Notes under the pieces: generated by a model
The model's input: only the letters and a program-made list of their open reading frames with translations
Database searches by the model: none
What the model was told of the DNA's origin: nothing
In this document: one piece after another, positions 32,203-41,595 of the stretch
How positions within the stretch are numbered: position 1 is the first letter of the stretch
Layout: each line of letters opens with the position of its first letter
From: an uncultured Acidobacteriaceae bacterium
Lineage (GTDB): Bacteria; Acidobacteriota; Terriglobia; Terriglobales; Acidobacteriaceae
Direction of reading: 5' to 3'
DNA length: 64,000 nt
Assembly: GCA_963697035.1 (NCBI GenBank)
Contig: CAVOMN010000004.1
Span: 27,723 to 91,722 of the forward strand
Translations under genes and position numbers: made by a program

Positions 32203-34017
32203 TCACTGCAGAGCTATGACGGAATAGCCATCGATCGAAGGCAATGTGGCTTCCAGGGTTGAGCCCTTCCATTGCACCTTCTGGAATGCTGGACTTGCCG
32301 TATCCGGAGAAAGCAGAGTTGGCTTCCGGCCGGCGAGTCTTGAGAAGTCTTTCCCAAGGACCAGTTTCAGCTTCACCCCGGAAACGGGAGCCTGGTCATA
32401 ATTAAGTAAATGGACCACCAGTCCGCGGCCATCCTGCACGGAAGTGACGTTCGCGAGCACATGACCCGGCGTATCTAGTTCGACGCGCGTCGCCCCAGGC
32501 GCAAGCGAATAAATATCCGCGAGAACCTGGGCCTGGATTGTTTTGTCCTTCGGCGAACTCTTGTCGGACGGCGGGAGTACTTCCGCATTCAAGCCTTCTA
32601 CGTCTGGCTTTTCGGTAAGAATAGAAGCCTTGCCACTATCAGCCTGATAATCGCGGATCATCTGCTTCTGAGTTGCTGACAGGGACGAATAGGAAGGAAC
32701 GATCACACCTTGATACGCCGCTAGATCCTTTTTCGTAACACGACTCGCAAACTTGTAGTCGCACAGGACACTGTTCTTGGTGAGGAAGTCCAATCGCGTG
32801 GCGCCACCCGTCCAATCGAAATCCGGATCAAGACTGTCAGGAAGAAGAACCACCCAGGGAGCGATATTCACCGCATTGGCATAGAGCGATAGGTGGTCCG
32901 CCAGAAATCCGTTATATTGACCGATCGCCGCCCAGGACTGCAACCCATTGGGATCCTGATTAAGCAGAGCCGTGTCGAGTGGGCCTTCCATGTCCCAGGT
33001 ATAAGATGCGCCGAAAGCAGCCGCTTCCGCAGTTCCCAGCTTTTCTGAGCGTGCCCCGAGAAATGAATCGTTCCGGTCCCCCTTGTGGAAGTGTGAATAC
33101 TCCGTAACAAATGGTTTGTTGCCGGGATTCAGGCCTTTTACGAAGCGATCGCGGCGAATATTGGAAACGTCCCATTGATCTGCCCAAGCCCCGGGTTCAA
33201 CCCAGCCCTCGTCGTAAATAAAATCCATCCGCTGGTTCAGCGAGCTAAACGGGGGGTGAAGTCCGAGGTTGGTGAAAAATGGGATATCAGATTTTTTCTC
33301 CCGGCGCGCATAGTCCAGAAGCTGCTCAAAAAAATGAAGAACCCTATCTGGTGTGCTGGGATGTTGATCAAGATTGGGATTATCGAAAAAGATTGCATCG
33401 AGCCCGTCATCAATGATTCCTCCGATCCGCTGCTTCTGGTATTCCACCCAGCCGGGGCTATCAATATCCGCCACAAACCGCATGGCGTCGCGACCTTCCG
33501 AATAGCGGTATGGGACGCCTTTATCGTCCAACATGATCCATTTCACCGACTGAGGAGCATCTTTGAACAAGCTCTCCCAGAATATGGTAGTGGCGCACAT
33601 GTAGGCCGCCGCCTTAATCCCATGCGCGTGCAGTTTCCTGACGAGCTCCTTTACCGCAACGCGTTGGGCTTCCTCGTCCTCCCAGGAGAAACCCACACTG
33701 TAGGTCACCCACACAAAATTAATCTTCGCCTGATCCAGGAGATCGACCATGCGGTCCGCATGACTTCCATAGAGATTCGTCATCGCCTCGAAATCCTGGG
33801 AAGAGAACCGCCCCGCCCAGGCAGATCTCCGCGCTTTTTGAGTTTCGAGGGAGCCACCGTCAAACCGGGCAAAACGAACCGTTCCCGCTTTTAGCCATCC
33901 CGGCAAGGGGGACTTCGCCGCTTCGGCTGGGTGAACGGAGTCATCGGTTTGCGCTCGTCCAGCAATGCTCAGCACGCTTATGAACGCGCAAATGACCGGC
34001 AGTAATCGGAATCTCAT
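32203..34017 (-). CDS. secreted glycoside-hydrolase-like TIM-barrel protein (family not assignable by eye)
   Basis: ORF 32203..34050. Likely ATG at 34017 gives signal peptide MRFRLLPVICAFISVLSIAGRAQ. Segment GIKAAAYMCATTIFWE..GLDAIFFDNPN resembles GH-like barrels. Confidence 0.65.
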   Translation of the reverse strand: MRFRLLPVICAFISVLSIAGRAQTDDSVHPAEAAKSPLPGWLKAGTVRFARFDGGSLETQKARRSAWAGRFSSQDFEAMTNLYGSHADRMVDLLDQAKINFVWVTYSVGFSWEDEEAQRVAVKELVRKLHAHGIKAAAYMCATTIFWESLFKDAPQSVKWIMLDDKGVPYRYSEGRDAMRFVADIDSPGWVEYQKQRIGGIIDDGLDAIFFDNPNLDQHPSTPDRVLHFFEQLLDYARREKKSDIPFFTNLGLHPPFSSLNQRMDFIYDEGWVEPGAWADQWDVSNIRRDRFVKGLNPGNKPFVTEYSHFHKGDRNDSFLGARSEKLGTAEAAAFGASYTWDMEGPLDTALLNQDPNGLQSWAAIGQYNGFLADHLSLYANAVNIAPWVVLLPDSLDPDFDWTGGATRLDFLTKNSVLCDYKFASRVTKKDLAAYQGVIVPSYSSLSATQKQMIRDYQADSGKASILTEKPDVEGLNAEVLPPSDKSSPKDKTIQAQVLADIYSLAPGATRVELDTPGHVLANVTSVQDGRGLVVHLLNYDQAPVSGVKLKLVLGKDFSRLAGRKPTLLSPDTASPAFQKVQWKGSTLEATLPSIDGYSVIALQ

Positions 34018-34358
34018 GGCATTAGACCTCGCACCGGCCGCGCAGCTCACAGAGTCGGTGAACTAGGTTACGCTTGCTTGATTGGTGAAGGAGAGCAGAG
34101 TGCCAGTATATGGACGCATTGCGGTTAGAGTCCTATCCCGGTTCTCCGCGACAAGTGTTCAACGGGTGCGCAATACAGTCAACCAAGAACTTCTGAGGGC
34201 AGCGTTTAGCGGAGCTTAATCCGCGAGACATGGAAAATAGGCAGCATCCTGGCCAACTGGAATTGTCTCTGGATATCCGCAAGAGCAACGTTGCGGCCAA
34301 TCCGGCCCTTCGGAGCGTTGCCATGCGAATCCCGGCGGAGGGAGTAAAATCACGTGCC

Positions 34359-35258
34359 ATGGAGTTGCGCCAGCTTGAAACCTTCAAGATCGTCATGCTA
34401 ACGCTGAACATGACGGCCGCGGCCAAGCATGTGTATCGTTCCCCGGCGGCGATCAGCCTTCAACTTAAGCAACTGAGTGATGAGGTGGGAGCGGAATTGT
34501 TCACGCGTGTTGGCCGCAAGCTTGCGCCGACACCGGCGGCCATACGGCTGCAGCAGAATCTATATCCGCTCATGGGCGCGTTGCGAGCGATTCGGGAAGA
34601 TTTCCCGCCTGAGCCCGAACTCGACACCCGGCCTTTCGTATTGGCCTCCGGCATCACCACTCTTATCTATCAACTTCGACAGCCACTAATCGAGCTGCGC
34701 CGGAAATTTTCCAAAAATGACATTCAGGTAAGCATCGGTACCACGGAGGCAATCCTTCGTGGACTGGAAAGCAAACGATTTGACCTGGGTCTCGTCTCGC
34801 TCCCAGTGGAAGACCCTGCCATCCAATTAGCCCCTCTATTTAAGGAGGAAATGCTGTTTGTTACCAGTGCCCGCCAAGCGAACTTCCATCGCAAGACCGT
34901 AAGCCTAAGAGACATACGTGAAATTCCAATGATCCTTTACCCGCCGAGTGCGACAACCAGGCAGATCATTGACCAGGTGGTCGCGCGCCATGGATTGTCT
35001 CTGCTGGTCGCCATGGAAGCTGAGGATACAGAGGCGATTAAGCGACTCGTCGAAGCTGGCTTTGGCTCCTCGATTCTTCCGGCCAATGCTCTAAAAGATT
35101 CGCGGAAGCTGTGGACGTTTCGAATTGCCGAGGAACGTATTTTCAGGGAAGTCGCGCTGGCTACCGCGGCGAGCCCGTACACCCGCGGACTTACCCGGGC
35201 AATCAGCGAATTTCTCATGAAAAAACTGGGCGACCGGCGCCGGCGGGTGAAGAGCTAA
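34359..35258 (+). CDS. LysR-family transcriptional regulator
   Basis: Internal ATG at 34359 gives MELRQLETFKIVMLTLNMTAAAKHVYRSPAAISLQLKQLSDEVG, a typical LysR HTH. Divergent from the sugar-acid locus. Confidence 0.85.
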   Translation: MELRQLETFKIVMLTLNMTAAAKHVYRSPAAISLQLKQLSDEVGAELFTRVGRKLAPTPAAIRLQQNLYPLMGALRAIREDFPPEPELDTRPFVLASGITTLIYQLRQPLIELRRKFSKNDIQVSIGTTEAILRGLESKRFDLGLVSLPVEDPAIQLAPLFKEEMLFVTSARQANFHRKTVSLRDIREIPMILYPPSATTRQIIDQVVARHGLSLLVAMEAEDTEAIKRLVEAGFGSSILPANALKDSRKLWTFRIAEERIFREVALATAASPYTRGLTRAISEFLMKKLGDRRRRVKS

Positions 35259-35300
35259 ATGGCTGGAAACATTAATAAGAGGAGTCGGTTAATAGGGGAT

Positions 35301-35349
35301 TGGTTGCGGGGGGTGGATTTGTTCCACCCGACCTTTGGGTTATGAGCCC
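35301..35349 (-). tRNA. truncated 3' fragment of initiator-type tRNA-Met(CAU); not functional, candidate att remnant
   Basis: Minus strand reads GGGCTCATAACCCAAAGGTCGGGTGGAACAAATCCACCCCCCGCAACCA. This covers the anticodon loop CUCAUAA with GGG/CCC stem, a T-arm with aberrant loop AACAAAT, and acceptor 3' strand CCCCGCA-A-CCA. No D-arm or 5' acceptor strand lies upstream. Confidence 0.6.
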
Positions 35350-35739
35350 TGGGTTTGACCCTATTCGGGATCGATTCTTTGCCCAAGTTTCTTGCCTTGT
35401 TCTTACCGTCCTACCCGATTCGCTGCTTACTTGATGTCGAGTTCTGTCAGCTACCTTCGTACATCTGACTGAGGAACCGAACCAGCAACCTCATCATCCC
35501 TGGAAAGCTGGGCGCATTGGTTCTGTCGAGCTTGGCCTTGGCGGTGGCGACGCAGTTCAACAAGTGGCGTTCCAGAAATTCAGTCCCAGCCCGCGCAAAG
35601 GAAACGGCAGTACTCTCTTCGGGTGTATGTTCACAGGTACGGCGCGGCTCAAATTAACGGCAGAAGCTCGATGATTCGAGGTGCATGCACTGGTCAACAT
35701 TGACCATCTTGCGGCCGAGCAAGATCGCATTATGTAGTT

Positions 35740-35880
35740 ATGAAAATCACCGAGAAGCAAGCATTAGCGGTTCGGTGCCCCACTTGTGGCGCCAAGCCGG
35801 GAGAAAAATGTGAGTTAAGCACCGGCCTGCCTCGTACCGAGCCCCATCGAGATCGACGCCTGGCAGCTTCGGATAGGTAA
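35740..35880 (+). CDS. 46-aa zinc-finger mini-protein (CPTCGAKPGEKC motif)
   Basis: Hand-translated ORF below the track cutoff: MKITEKQALAVRCPTCGAKPGEKCELSTGLPRTEPHRDRRLAASDR. Confidence 0.35.
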   Translation: MKITEKQALAVRCPTCGAKPGEKCELSTGLPRTEPHRDRRLAASDR

Positions 35881-35953
35881 GTCTCTAGCAACACGCTTTG
35901 AGTCCAGCAGCAAGATCTTCCGACTGGCTTGTAGATCGGCGGGGATTAACAAC

Positions 35954-36157
35954 TTAATTCAGAGGCATGGTTGACGGGTCGGTCAGAACAATTAATTTTC
36001 CAGGCGGGTAGTCTGCCGGTGTAAGCGGAATCTCGGGCTCGGGGTTAATGATCGTCAGGACCTGACCGCTGAGAATCCCTCGGATCAATAAGCGGTCATT
36101 CTCCACAGCGACTACTCGGTATCGCTCCTCGAAAAGTGATTTCTCAGTCTCTTTCAT
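35954..36157 (-). CDS. hypothetical protein (67 aa)
   Basis: ORF MKETEKSLFEERYRVVAVENDRLLIRG.., non-overlapping with its neighbours. Confidence 0.45.
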   Translation of the reverse strand: MKETEKSLFEERYRVVAVENDRLLIRGILSGQVLTIINPEPEIPLTPADYPPGKLIVLTDPSTMPLN

Positions 36158-36234
36158 CTAAGCCATTGGATGCGCGATTTCATATCGGCGGTGCTTGGGT
36201 GTCCACTTCGGTACCGGATACCGGTTCAGACGGC

Positions 36235-36696
36235 TTAGCGCGTTCGCCCTCCCGTGATCGGACGCAGATCAACCTCTGGCCCCACTGCATCGTGCTTGGA
36301 CATCCGACGTGTCTCGGTGCTGTCCAGGTAGCAGCTCTGCTGGAGATGGCGAGAGTGTGCAGAAACGATGACGTAGGGCACGCCCAGAAAACGCTTGGCA
36401 ATAATCTCCGTCACCTCCAGGCCATTAAAATGCTGTTGCTTCACCTTGCCTAGGATTCGCCTCAATGCGTTCTCGATCTTCTTTGCTCTAACGCCGCCAA
36501 AGAACATCGCCTTTGCTTCAGTCGCCATGAAAAAGAAGTTCCATCCAGCGGCGCGGATCTTGCGATCGAGGGCAAAGCTATCTAGCACCTTAACCAGCCT
36601 CCTGGTACCCGAATGGGGCTCGCTTTCCAAGCCCGGGAATTGTGCCATCAGTGGCTGATCTTCGAGCAGGATGGCGCCAACTTGAATGCCTGACAT
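36235..36696 (-). CDS. hypothetical protein (153 aa)
   Basis: Intact ORF divergent from the first Crp/Fnr gene. No domain recognised. Confidence 0.55.
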   Translation of the reverse strand: MSGIQVGAILLEDQPLMAQFPGLESEPHSGTRRLVKVLDSFALDRKIRAAGWNFFFMATEAKAMFFGGVRAKKIENALRRILGKVKQQHFNGLEVTEIIAKRFLGVPYVIVSAHSRHLQQSCYLDSTETRRMSKHDAVGPEVDLRPITGGRTR

Positions 36697-37002
36697 GAGT
36701 CCTCCAGAGAAACTGGCCCGGTTAAGTGCATGTGAGCGATGGCGAAAAGAACATCAGCCCCACCACCGCGCGCAGTGGCACGATCTTTCGCGGGAGCGTG
36801 GTATCGAAACCGGCCGCTGACGAGGTGCCCTCCACTGGAGGGCGACCCGGTTGCGGATTCCGGAGAAGTGAACACCGGTGATGGCCCGCGAACCACCTTG
36901 TCAGGGCAAGTTCCCGCCTCAAGAGTTAGGTAGGCCGTCTGGTTTGGCGAGCGAACTGTCTTCTTGAGCTGTTGATAGATTGATCGATTTCTTTGCGGAA
37001 TA

Positions 37003-37021
37003 CTGTGCAGAATGGCTCACT
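37003..37021. promoter_or_regulatory. quasi-palindromic motif copy 1: CTGTGCAGAATGGCTCACT
   Basis: 61 nt upstream of the Crp/Fnr paralog 1 ATG. Confidence 0.45.
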
Positions 37022-37081
37022 CTCGACGTGGAGACAAAATTTATGCGAATTGGGTGTCGTTTTTCCGGACTATACTTATCG

Positions 37082-37762
37082 ATGATGAGCCCTAGTGCGG
37101 CGGCAAAGAAAAACCGTGAGTTCGACCCCAAGAGCTTCCTGGCAACCATTGGTGCCGGGAGAAAGCTCTTGGCCGTCCCAGGGAAGCAAACGATATTCAC
37201 GCAAGGGGACGGGGCGGACGCGGTCTTCTATATCCAGAAAGGCAAAGTGAGGCTCACCGTCGTTTCCAAAATTGGCAAGGAAGCGACGATCGGCATGCTG
37301 AGTGAGGAGAATTTTTTTGGCGAAGGCGCGCTGGCTGGCCAGGTCCTTCGTATGGGATCCGCGGCTGCCATGACGGATTGCGAGCTGTTGCGGATCGAGA
37401 AGAAGGCCATGATGGAAGCTCTTCACCGCGAGCAGGCGCTTTCCGACATGTTCGTGGCATATTTGCTGGCCCGGAATATCCGCTACGAAGAAGACCTGGT
37501 GGACCAGCTCTTCAACTCCAGTGAGAAGAGACTGGCTCGCGTTCTTCTGTTGCTTGCACATTTTGGCAAAGAGGGTATTCCGGAAACCGTGGTTCCCAAA
37601 ATCAGCCAGGAGACCCTGGCCGAAATGGTTGGAACTACTCGTTCGCGAGTCAGTTTTTTCATGAACCGCTTCAGGAAGCTGGGATTCATTCACTATGCTG
37701 GAGGGGTAGAAGGCGGGTTACAGGTTCACAGTTCGCTGCTTAACGTCGTCCTAAACGATTGA
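37082..37762 (+). CDS. Crp/Fnr-family transcriptional regulator (paralog 1)
   Basis: cNMP-binding fold (IFTQGDGADAVFYIQKGKVRLTVVSKIGKEATIG..FFGEGALAG). C-terminal HTH (ISQETLAEMVGTTRSRVSFFMNRFRKLGFI). ATG at 37082 chosen by alignment with paralog 2. Confidence 0.9.
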   Translation: MMSPSAAAKKNREFDPKSFLATIGAGRKLLAVPGKQTIFTQGDGADAVFYIQKGKVRLTVVSKIGKEATIGMLSEENFFGEGALAGQVLRMGSAAAMTDCELLRIEKKAMMEALHREQALSDMFVAYLLARNIRYEEDLVDQLFNSSEKRLARVLLLLAHFGKEGIPETVVPKISQETLAEMVGTTRSRVSFFMNRFRKLGFIHYAGGVEGGLQVHSSLLNVVLND

Positions 37763-37885
37763 GCGCCCACGAAAAGCGCCTGAACTCCTGGACCCATCTC
37801 TTTAATTCAACCATTCAACTAAGGGACAGCTACGGAAGGGCGGAAGCAGCAACCTCGCGTTGCGGCCTTGCCGGACCTAAGACTG

Positions 37886-38200
37886 CTACTCGGTTGCGCC
37901 GGTACTCTTGGGCGGGTCGGCTCGCCAAACGTACAAGTATTTCTCGTCGCTCGACGTTTCCACCGGAATGTTTCTCTCTCGCGTTACACGGTTCAAAGCG
38001 GAACGAAGATTCTGCATCTTCTCGCCGTTCAGACCGCTCAACGGAATCTTGACCGCTTGCCGCGAGTCCAGCTTGGAAAGGTCGCCGAGAATGTCCGCCA
38101 CTGCCTTCCGATGTTTTCCTTTACGACCTTGCGGAACATCGGAGCGATTCACCGACGCATAGTGCGTGTCGTTTCCGTTACTGTTTCTGTTGGGTGTCAC
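37886..38200 (-). CDS. hypothetical protein (104 aa)
   Basis: ORF lying between two Crp/Fnr paralogs. No recognisable domain. Confidence 0.45.
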   Translation of the reverse strand: MTPNRNSNGNDTHYASVNRSDVPQGRKGKHRKAVADILGDLSKLDSRQAVKIPLSGLNGEKMQNLRSALNRVTRERNIPVETSSDEKYLYVWRADPPKSTGATE

Positions 38201-38421
38201 GGAGGGCTCCGTTTTTCAGTATCGTACCCGTACGCGCGAAATCCTACCGCAAAGAATCGTAACCCGCAACTAAAAATCTATACGAAACCTTAGTGAAGGC
38301 GGCGATCTGTCACACACGAATACGTTAAGTTTAACTTTATCAATAAGATACACAACCAACGTTTCGTTAAAACTTGCTTAAGAGTTCACCCGAATCGGAG
38401 GGATAAAGGTAATCTTGAATC

Positions 38422-39099
38422 ATGGCGCCCGGCTTGACTGCAAAAACGAAACTAAAGAAGAATCCCGAGTTCGATCCCACCACTTTCTTGGCGACGATTG
38501 GCGCCGGCCGGAAGTTTGTGCCTGCTCCGGCAAAGCAAGCGATATACACGCAGGGGGACGCGGCGGACGCTATCTTTTATATCCAAAAAGGTAAAGTGAG
38601 GCTCACCGTCGTCTCCAAAATTGGTAAGGAAGCCACCATCGGCGTATTGAGTGAAGAGAATTTCTTTGGAGAGGGCGCGCTGGCTGGTCAAATTCTGCGT
38701 ATGGGATCCGCGGCTGCAATGACGGATTGCGAACTGCTGCGGATCGACAAAAAGGCCATGATGCATGCACTTCACCGCGAACATGCATTTTCCGATCTGT
38801 TTGTTGCATATTTGCTGGCGCGGAATATCCGCTACGAAGAGGACCTGGTGGACCACCTGTTTAATTCCAGCGAAAAGAGACTGGCCCGGGTCCTTCTATT
38901 ACTCGCTCATTTTGGCAAGGAGGGCGTTCCGGAAACTGTAGTCCCCAAAATCAGCCAGGAGACGCTGGCCGAGATGGTGGGAACCACCCGTTCGCGAGTC
39001 AGCTTTTTCATGAACAGATTCAGAAAATTAGGATTCATTCACTACAACGGCGGTCTTCAGGTCCACAGTTCGCTGCTCAACATCGTTTTACACGACTAG
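38422..39099 (+). CDS. Crp/Fnr-family transcriptional regulator (paralog 2)
   Basis: 225-aa ORF, near-identical to paralog 1 across the cNMP and HTH regions. Confidence 0.9.
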   Translation: MAPGLTAKTKLKKNPEFDPTTFLATIGAGRKFVPAPAKQAIYTQGDAADAIFYIQKGKVRLTVVSKIGKEATIGVLSEENFFGEGALAGQILRMGSAAAMTDCELLRIDKKAMMHALHREHAFSDLFVAYLLARNIRYEEDLVDHLFNSSEKRLARVLLLLAHFGKEGVPETVVPKISQETLAEMVGTTRSRVSFFMNRFRKLGFIHYNGGLQVHSSLLNIVLHD

Positions 39100-39187
39100 A
39101 ATTTCTCGCCAAACTCACCTCACTCGAATATCCCGAAAATCAAGACCGCCCGAGGGATCCTTTGCGAATTCCCGTGGTACCAGCCAT

Positions 39188-39206
39188 GTTGAGCAATTTT
39201 GTACAG
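39188..39206. promoter_or_regulatory. motif copy 2 (reverse complement CTGTACAAAATTGCTCAAC)
   Basis: 53 nt upstream of the LuxR-type regulator ATG. Confidence 0.4.
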
Positions 39207-39258
39207 ACACATCTTAAGGGCCCTTGCTAAGTTTGTCCCTCAGTTGTGAGGAGGCTCT

Positions 39259-39984
39259 ATGAGTGCATTTCGCATTTTGCTGGCTGACGATCATCCAATA
39301 TTCCGTTTCGGTCTGTGCTCGCTGCTTGGGGCGCACGAAGGGTGGGAGGTCTGCGGAGAGGCTGCTGATGGACGGGATACGGTAGAAAAATGCAGGCGTT
39401 TGAAACCAGATCTTCTTATGTTGGACATTTGCATGCCCGGACTAAATGGCCTGGACACGGCACGGAAAATCCTGGCCGACAATCCGGCTCAGAGAATACT
39501 GGTCATCTCCGATCTGGAATCGGAGCAGGTAGTCCGGGATTGTTTGGAAGCGGGGATTCGCGGCTGGGTCTTTAAGTCCGACGGGACCGATGAACTGATA
39601 ACAGCAGTGGGGGCAATGCAATGGCACAAGTCCTTTTTCAGCTCGCGAGTGTCCGAGCTGATCATGGACGGTTACCTGCAGGGGCATCGCATTAATCCAG
39701 TCGCAGGCAAGGTCCCTCAACTGACCCCTCGGGAGCGCGAGGTCGTACAACTCGTAAGTGAGGGCAAGACTTCCAAGGAAGTCGCCCTGATCCTGAATGT
39801 GACGGTGAAAACGGCAGAAACACATCGAAGCAACATCATGTTTAAGCTGAAGCTACATTCGATCGCAGAGTTGGTGCTGTATGCGGTGAGGAACCAGATC
39901 GTCAACGTGCAACTCCCCACCGTACTGCGCTTTCCCAACCCGGAGAACGGCCGAGCCGATGCCGCCTCTCAGGGCCTTGACTGA
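39259..39984 (+). CDS. NarL/FixJ (LuxR-type) response regulator
   Basis: Receiver motifs ILLADDHP and DLLMLDICMPGLNG. LuxR HTH LTPREREVVQLVSEGKTSKEVALILNVTVKTAETHRSNIMFKL. Confidence 0.9.
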   Translation: MSAFRILLADDHPIFRFGLCSLLGAHEGWEVCGEAADGRDTVEKCRRLKPDLLMLDICMPGLNGLDTARKILADNPAQRILVISDLESEQVVRDCLEAGIRGWVFKSDGTDELITAVGAMQWHKSFFSSRVSELIMDGYLQGHRINPVAGKVPQLTPREREVVQLVSEGKTSKEVALILNVTVKTAETHRSNIMFKLKLHSIAELVLYAVRNQIVNVQLPTVLRFPNPENGRADAASQGLD

Positions 39985-40076
39985 GGGTTTGCTTTTCTCG
40001 ATCGGGACGACAAGAGATTTTTATTGAGCCGGTGGTCGGCCTTCGGGCGATCACGGCCTAGGCGGAGAAACTCTTT

Positions 40077-40406
40077 GTGAAAATGTTACTCTTTGCAGGC
40101 CTGCTCCTAGTCGCACTCGGCATCGCATCGCTGATCGTACCGATCCCGCACAGCGAGACGCAGGGCATCAAAATAGGAGACACGAATATAGGCGTGCAGA
40201 CCAGTCACAGTGAACGTGTATCGCCTATCCTCAGCGCGGTGGTGATCGCGGGTGGGATCGCGCGGCCATTGCAGGCGTGCGTGGCCGGGGGTCGAAAAGC
40301 TGAGGCTCCTCTCCACCTCATGCTGAATGCGCTTGAGCAGCTCTTTTCGGGCTTTCCGTCCCGATCGAACATCCATCTCTCAATGTCGGACAGTGGTCAA
40401 TTGTGA
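40077..40406 (+). CDS. small membrane protein, probably carrying a +1 frameshift (native end about 40306)
   Basis: MKMLLFAGLLLVALGIASLIVPIP.. then a second hydrophobic segment. After AGGIA the +2 frame reads AAIAGVRGRGSKS-stop, which looks like the native C-terminus. Confidence 0.45.
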   Translation: MKMLLFAGLLLVALGIASLIVPIPHSETQGIKIGDTNIGVQTSHSERVSPILSAVVIAGGIARPLQACVAGGRKAEAPLHLMLNALEQLFSGFPSRSNIHLSMSDSGQL

Positions 40407-40443
40407 CCAGAGAATTCCGCCATTCTTATGGTAACAACATCCC

Positions 40444-40647
40444 ATGGCTAAGAGGCAGTGCCTGGAATGCGGTGGTGAGCTGGTCATGGCATTCCGTCCC
40501 AGCGAAAGTGGACGGCTCAACCCTGGTGCGGGCACTTTGTCAATCGCAAACTCAAAATGGAGATGCAGCACCTGCGGACATAGCTTTAATGCGCGGCAGC
40601 TTCGAGCCGATAAGCGAGCGGTCAAGAAAACGGTGGAGCAAGCGTAA
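40444..40647 (+). CDS. zinc-ribbon mini-protein (67 aa)
   Basis: CLECGG .. CSTCGH Cys pairs in a basic protein. Confidence 0.5.
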   Translation: MAKRQCLECGGELVMAFRPSESGRLNPGAGTLSIANSKWRCSTCGHSFNARQLRADKRAVKKTVEQA

Positions 40648-40726
40648 TCAACAACGAGAGTTCGTTCTGGTCGCCCTCTCTGCAAAATAAGCAGCCTGAT
40701 AAGTCGATCAAAGGAGAATCGTTAAT

Positions 40727-40897
40727 ATGGAGACCGTAACAGAAGAAAAACGCGGAATGAAGACAGAGATAAGAGATGCATCCTCGGAGTATTCCAAGCC
40801 CTTCACCGATAAGTTTTCGGAAAAAAGAATGGCCAACAAACAGAGAAGAAAGAGAGCGCACAAACGTAAGCTGAGCCGGTCCAATACGAACGGTTAA
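40727..40897 (+). CDS. 56-aa basic mini-protein
   Basis: Hand-translated: METVTEEKRGMKTEIRDASSEYSKPFTDKFSEKRMANKQRRKRAHKRKLSRSNTNG. AAGGAG SD about 10 nt upstream. Confidence 0.4.
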   Translation: METVTEEKRGMKTEIRDASSEYSKPFTDKFSEKRMANKQRRKRAHKRKLSRSNTNG

Positions 40898-41002
40898 GGG
40901 CAGCTCTTTGTCCTTGCATGCCTCCAAGAATTAACCAAGGCAGTTCCATCGCCTCTGGAGGCAGCTCTACCAGGGAATCAATGTTAGCAACAATGGTTAC
41001 GC

Positions 41003-41021
41003 CGTGAGCAAATTTGAACAG
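41003..41021. promoter_or_regulatory. motif copy 3 (reverse complement CTGTTCAAATTTGCTCACG)
   Basis: 50 nt upstream of the receiver-only regulator ATG. Confidence 0.4.
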
Positions 41022-41070
41022 CTTTGGTCGCGTGATATCGCTGATTTCTTGATGTGGGGAGGTCAAATTT

Positions 41071-41478
41071 ATGTCCAATCACACAACCCCCAAGATAATT
41101 CTGTGCATTGACGATGATGACGGCATGCTGGGGTACCAACGAGCCCTGCTCGAAAGATGTGGATTTGCAGTGCTTACCGCCGCCTCAGCTCGGCAAGGGG
41201 TAATAATTGCGTCAGCCTCCGGGGTTGCCGCCGTCATCGTGGACTACCACATGCCTGATATGAATGGGCATGAGGTCGCGACCGAAATAAAGCGCCTCAG
41301 ACCGCAAATTCCGATAGTCATGGTCTCCAGTGACGACGATATACCTGAACACGAATTAAGGATGGTCGATGCCTTCGTTTCCAAGAGCGAGGCGTCCAGG
41401 CGCTTGTTGCCGGTCATCACTCGGATGTGCAGTGCAGACCCCTCCGCGTTCTCAGAAAGCACCAGGATCGCAGGCTGA
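41071..41478 (+). CDS. stand-alone response-regulator receiver (CheY-like)
   Basis: Motifs ILCIDDDD, AVIVDYHMPDMNG and PIVMVS. Confidence 0.85.
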   Translation: MSNHTTPKIILCIDDDDGMLGYQRALLERCGFAVLTAASARQGVIIASASGVAAVIVDYHMPDMNGHEVATEIKRLRPQIPIVMVSSDDDIPEHELRMVDAFVSKSEASRRLLPVITRMCSADPSAFSESTRIAG

Positions 41479-41595
41479 GTTATACGCGAGGCTTTCCCCA
41501 GGAGCGTACGCGCCTACTGGTTATCACGCGCCCAGCCGGAAACGCCGGCACGTCTACAAATCGCCCAAAGTATCATTGGTCTCTATCTCTTTTGC

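Noticed and set aside
35350-35740. Search for an integrase or excisionase next to the tRNA-Met fragment
   Set aside because: Translation of all six frames of this stretch gave only short, unconvincing peptides with no R..HxxR..Y-type integrase motifs.
36971-36988. GTTGATAGATTGATCGAT upstream of Crp/Fnr paralog 1 as an FNR box
   Set aside because: The two TTGAT elements are direct rather than inverted repeats, so this does not fit TTGAT-N4-ATCAA. The sequence is not repeated at other promoters.
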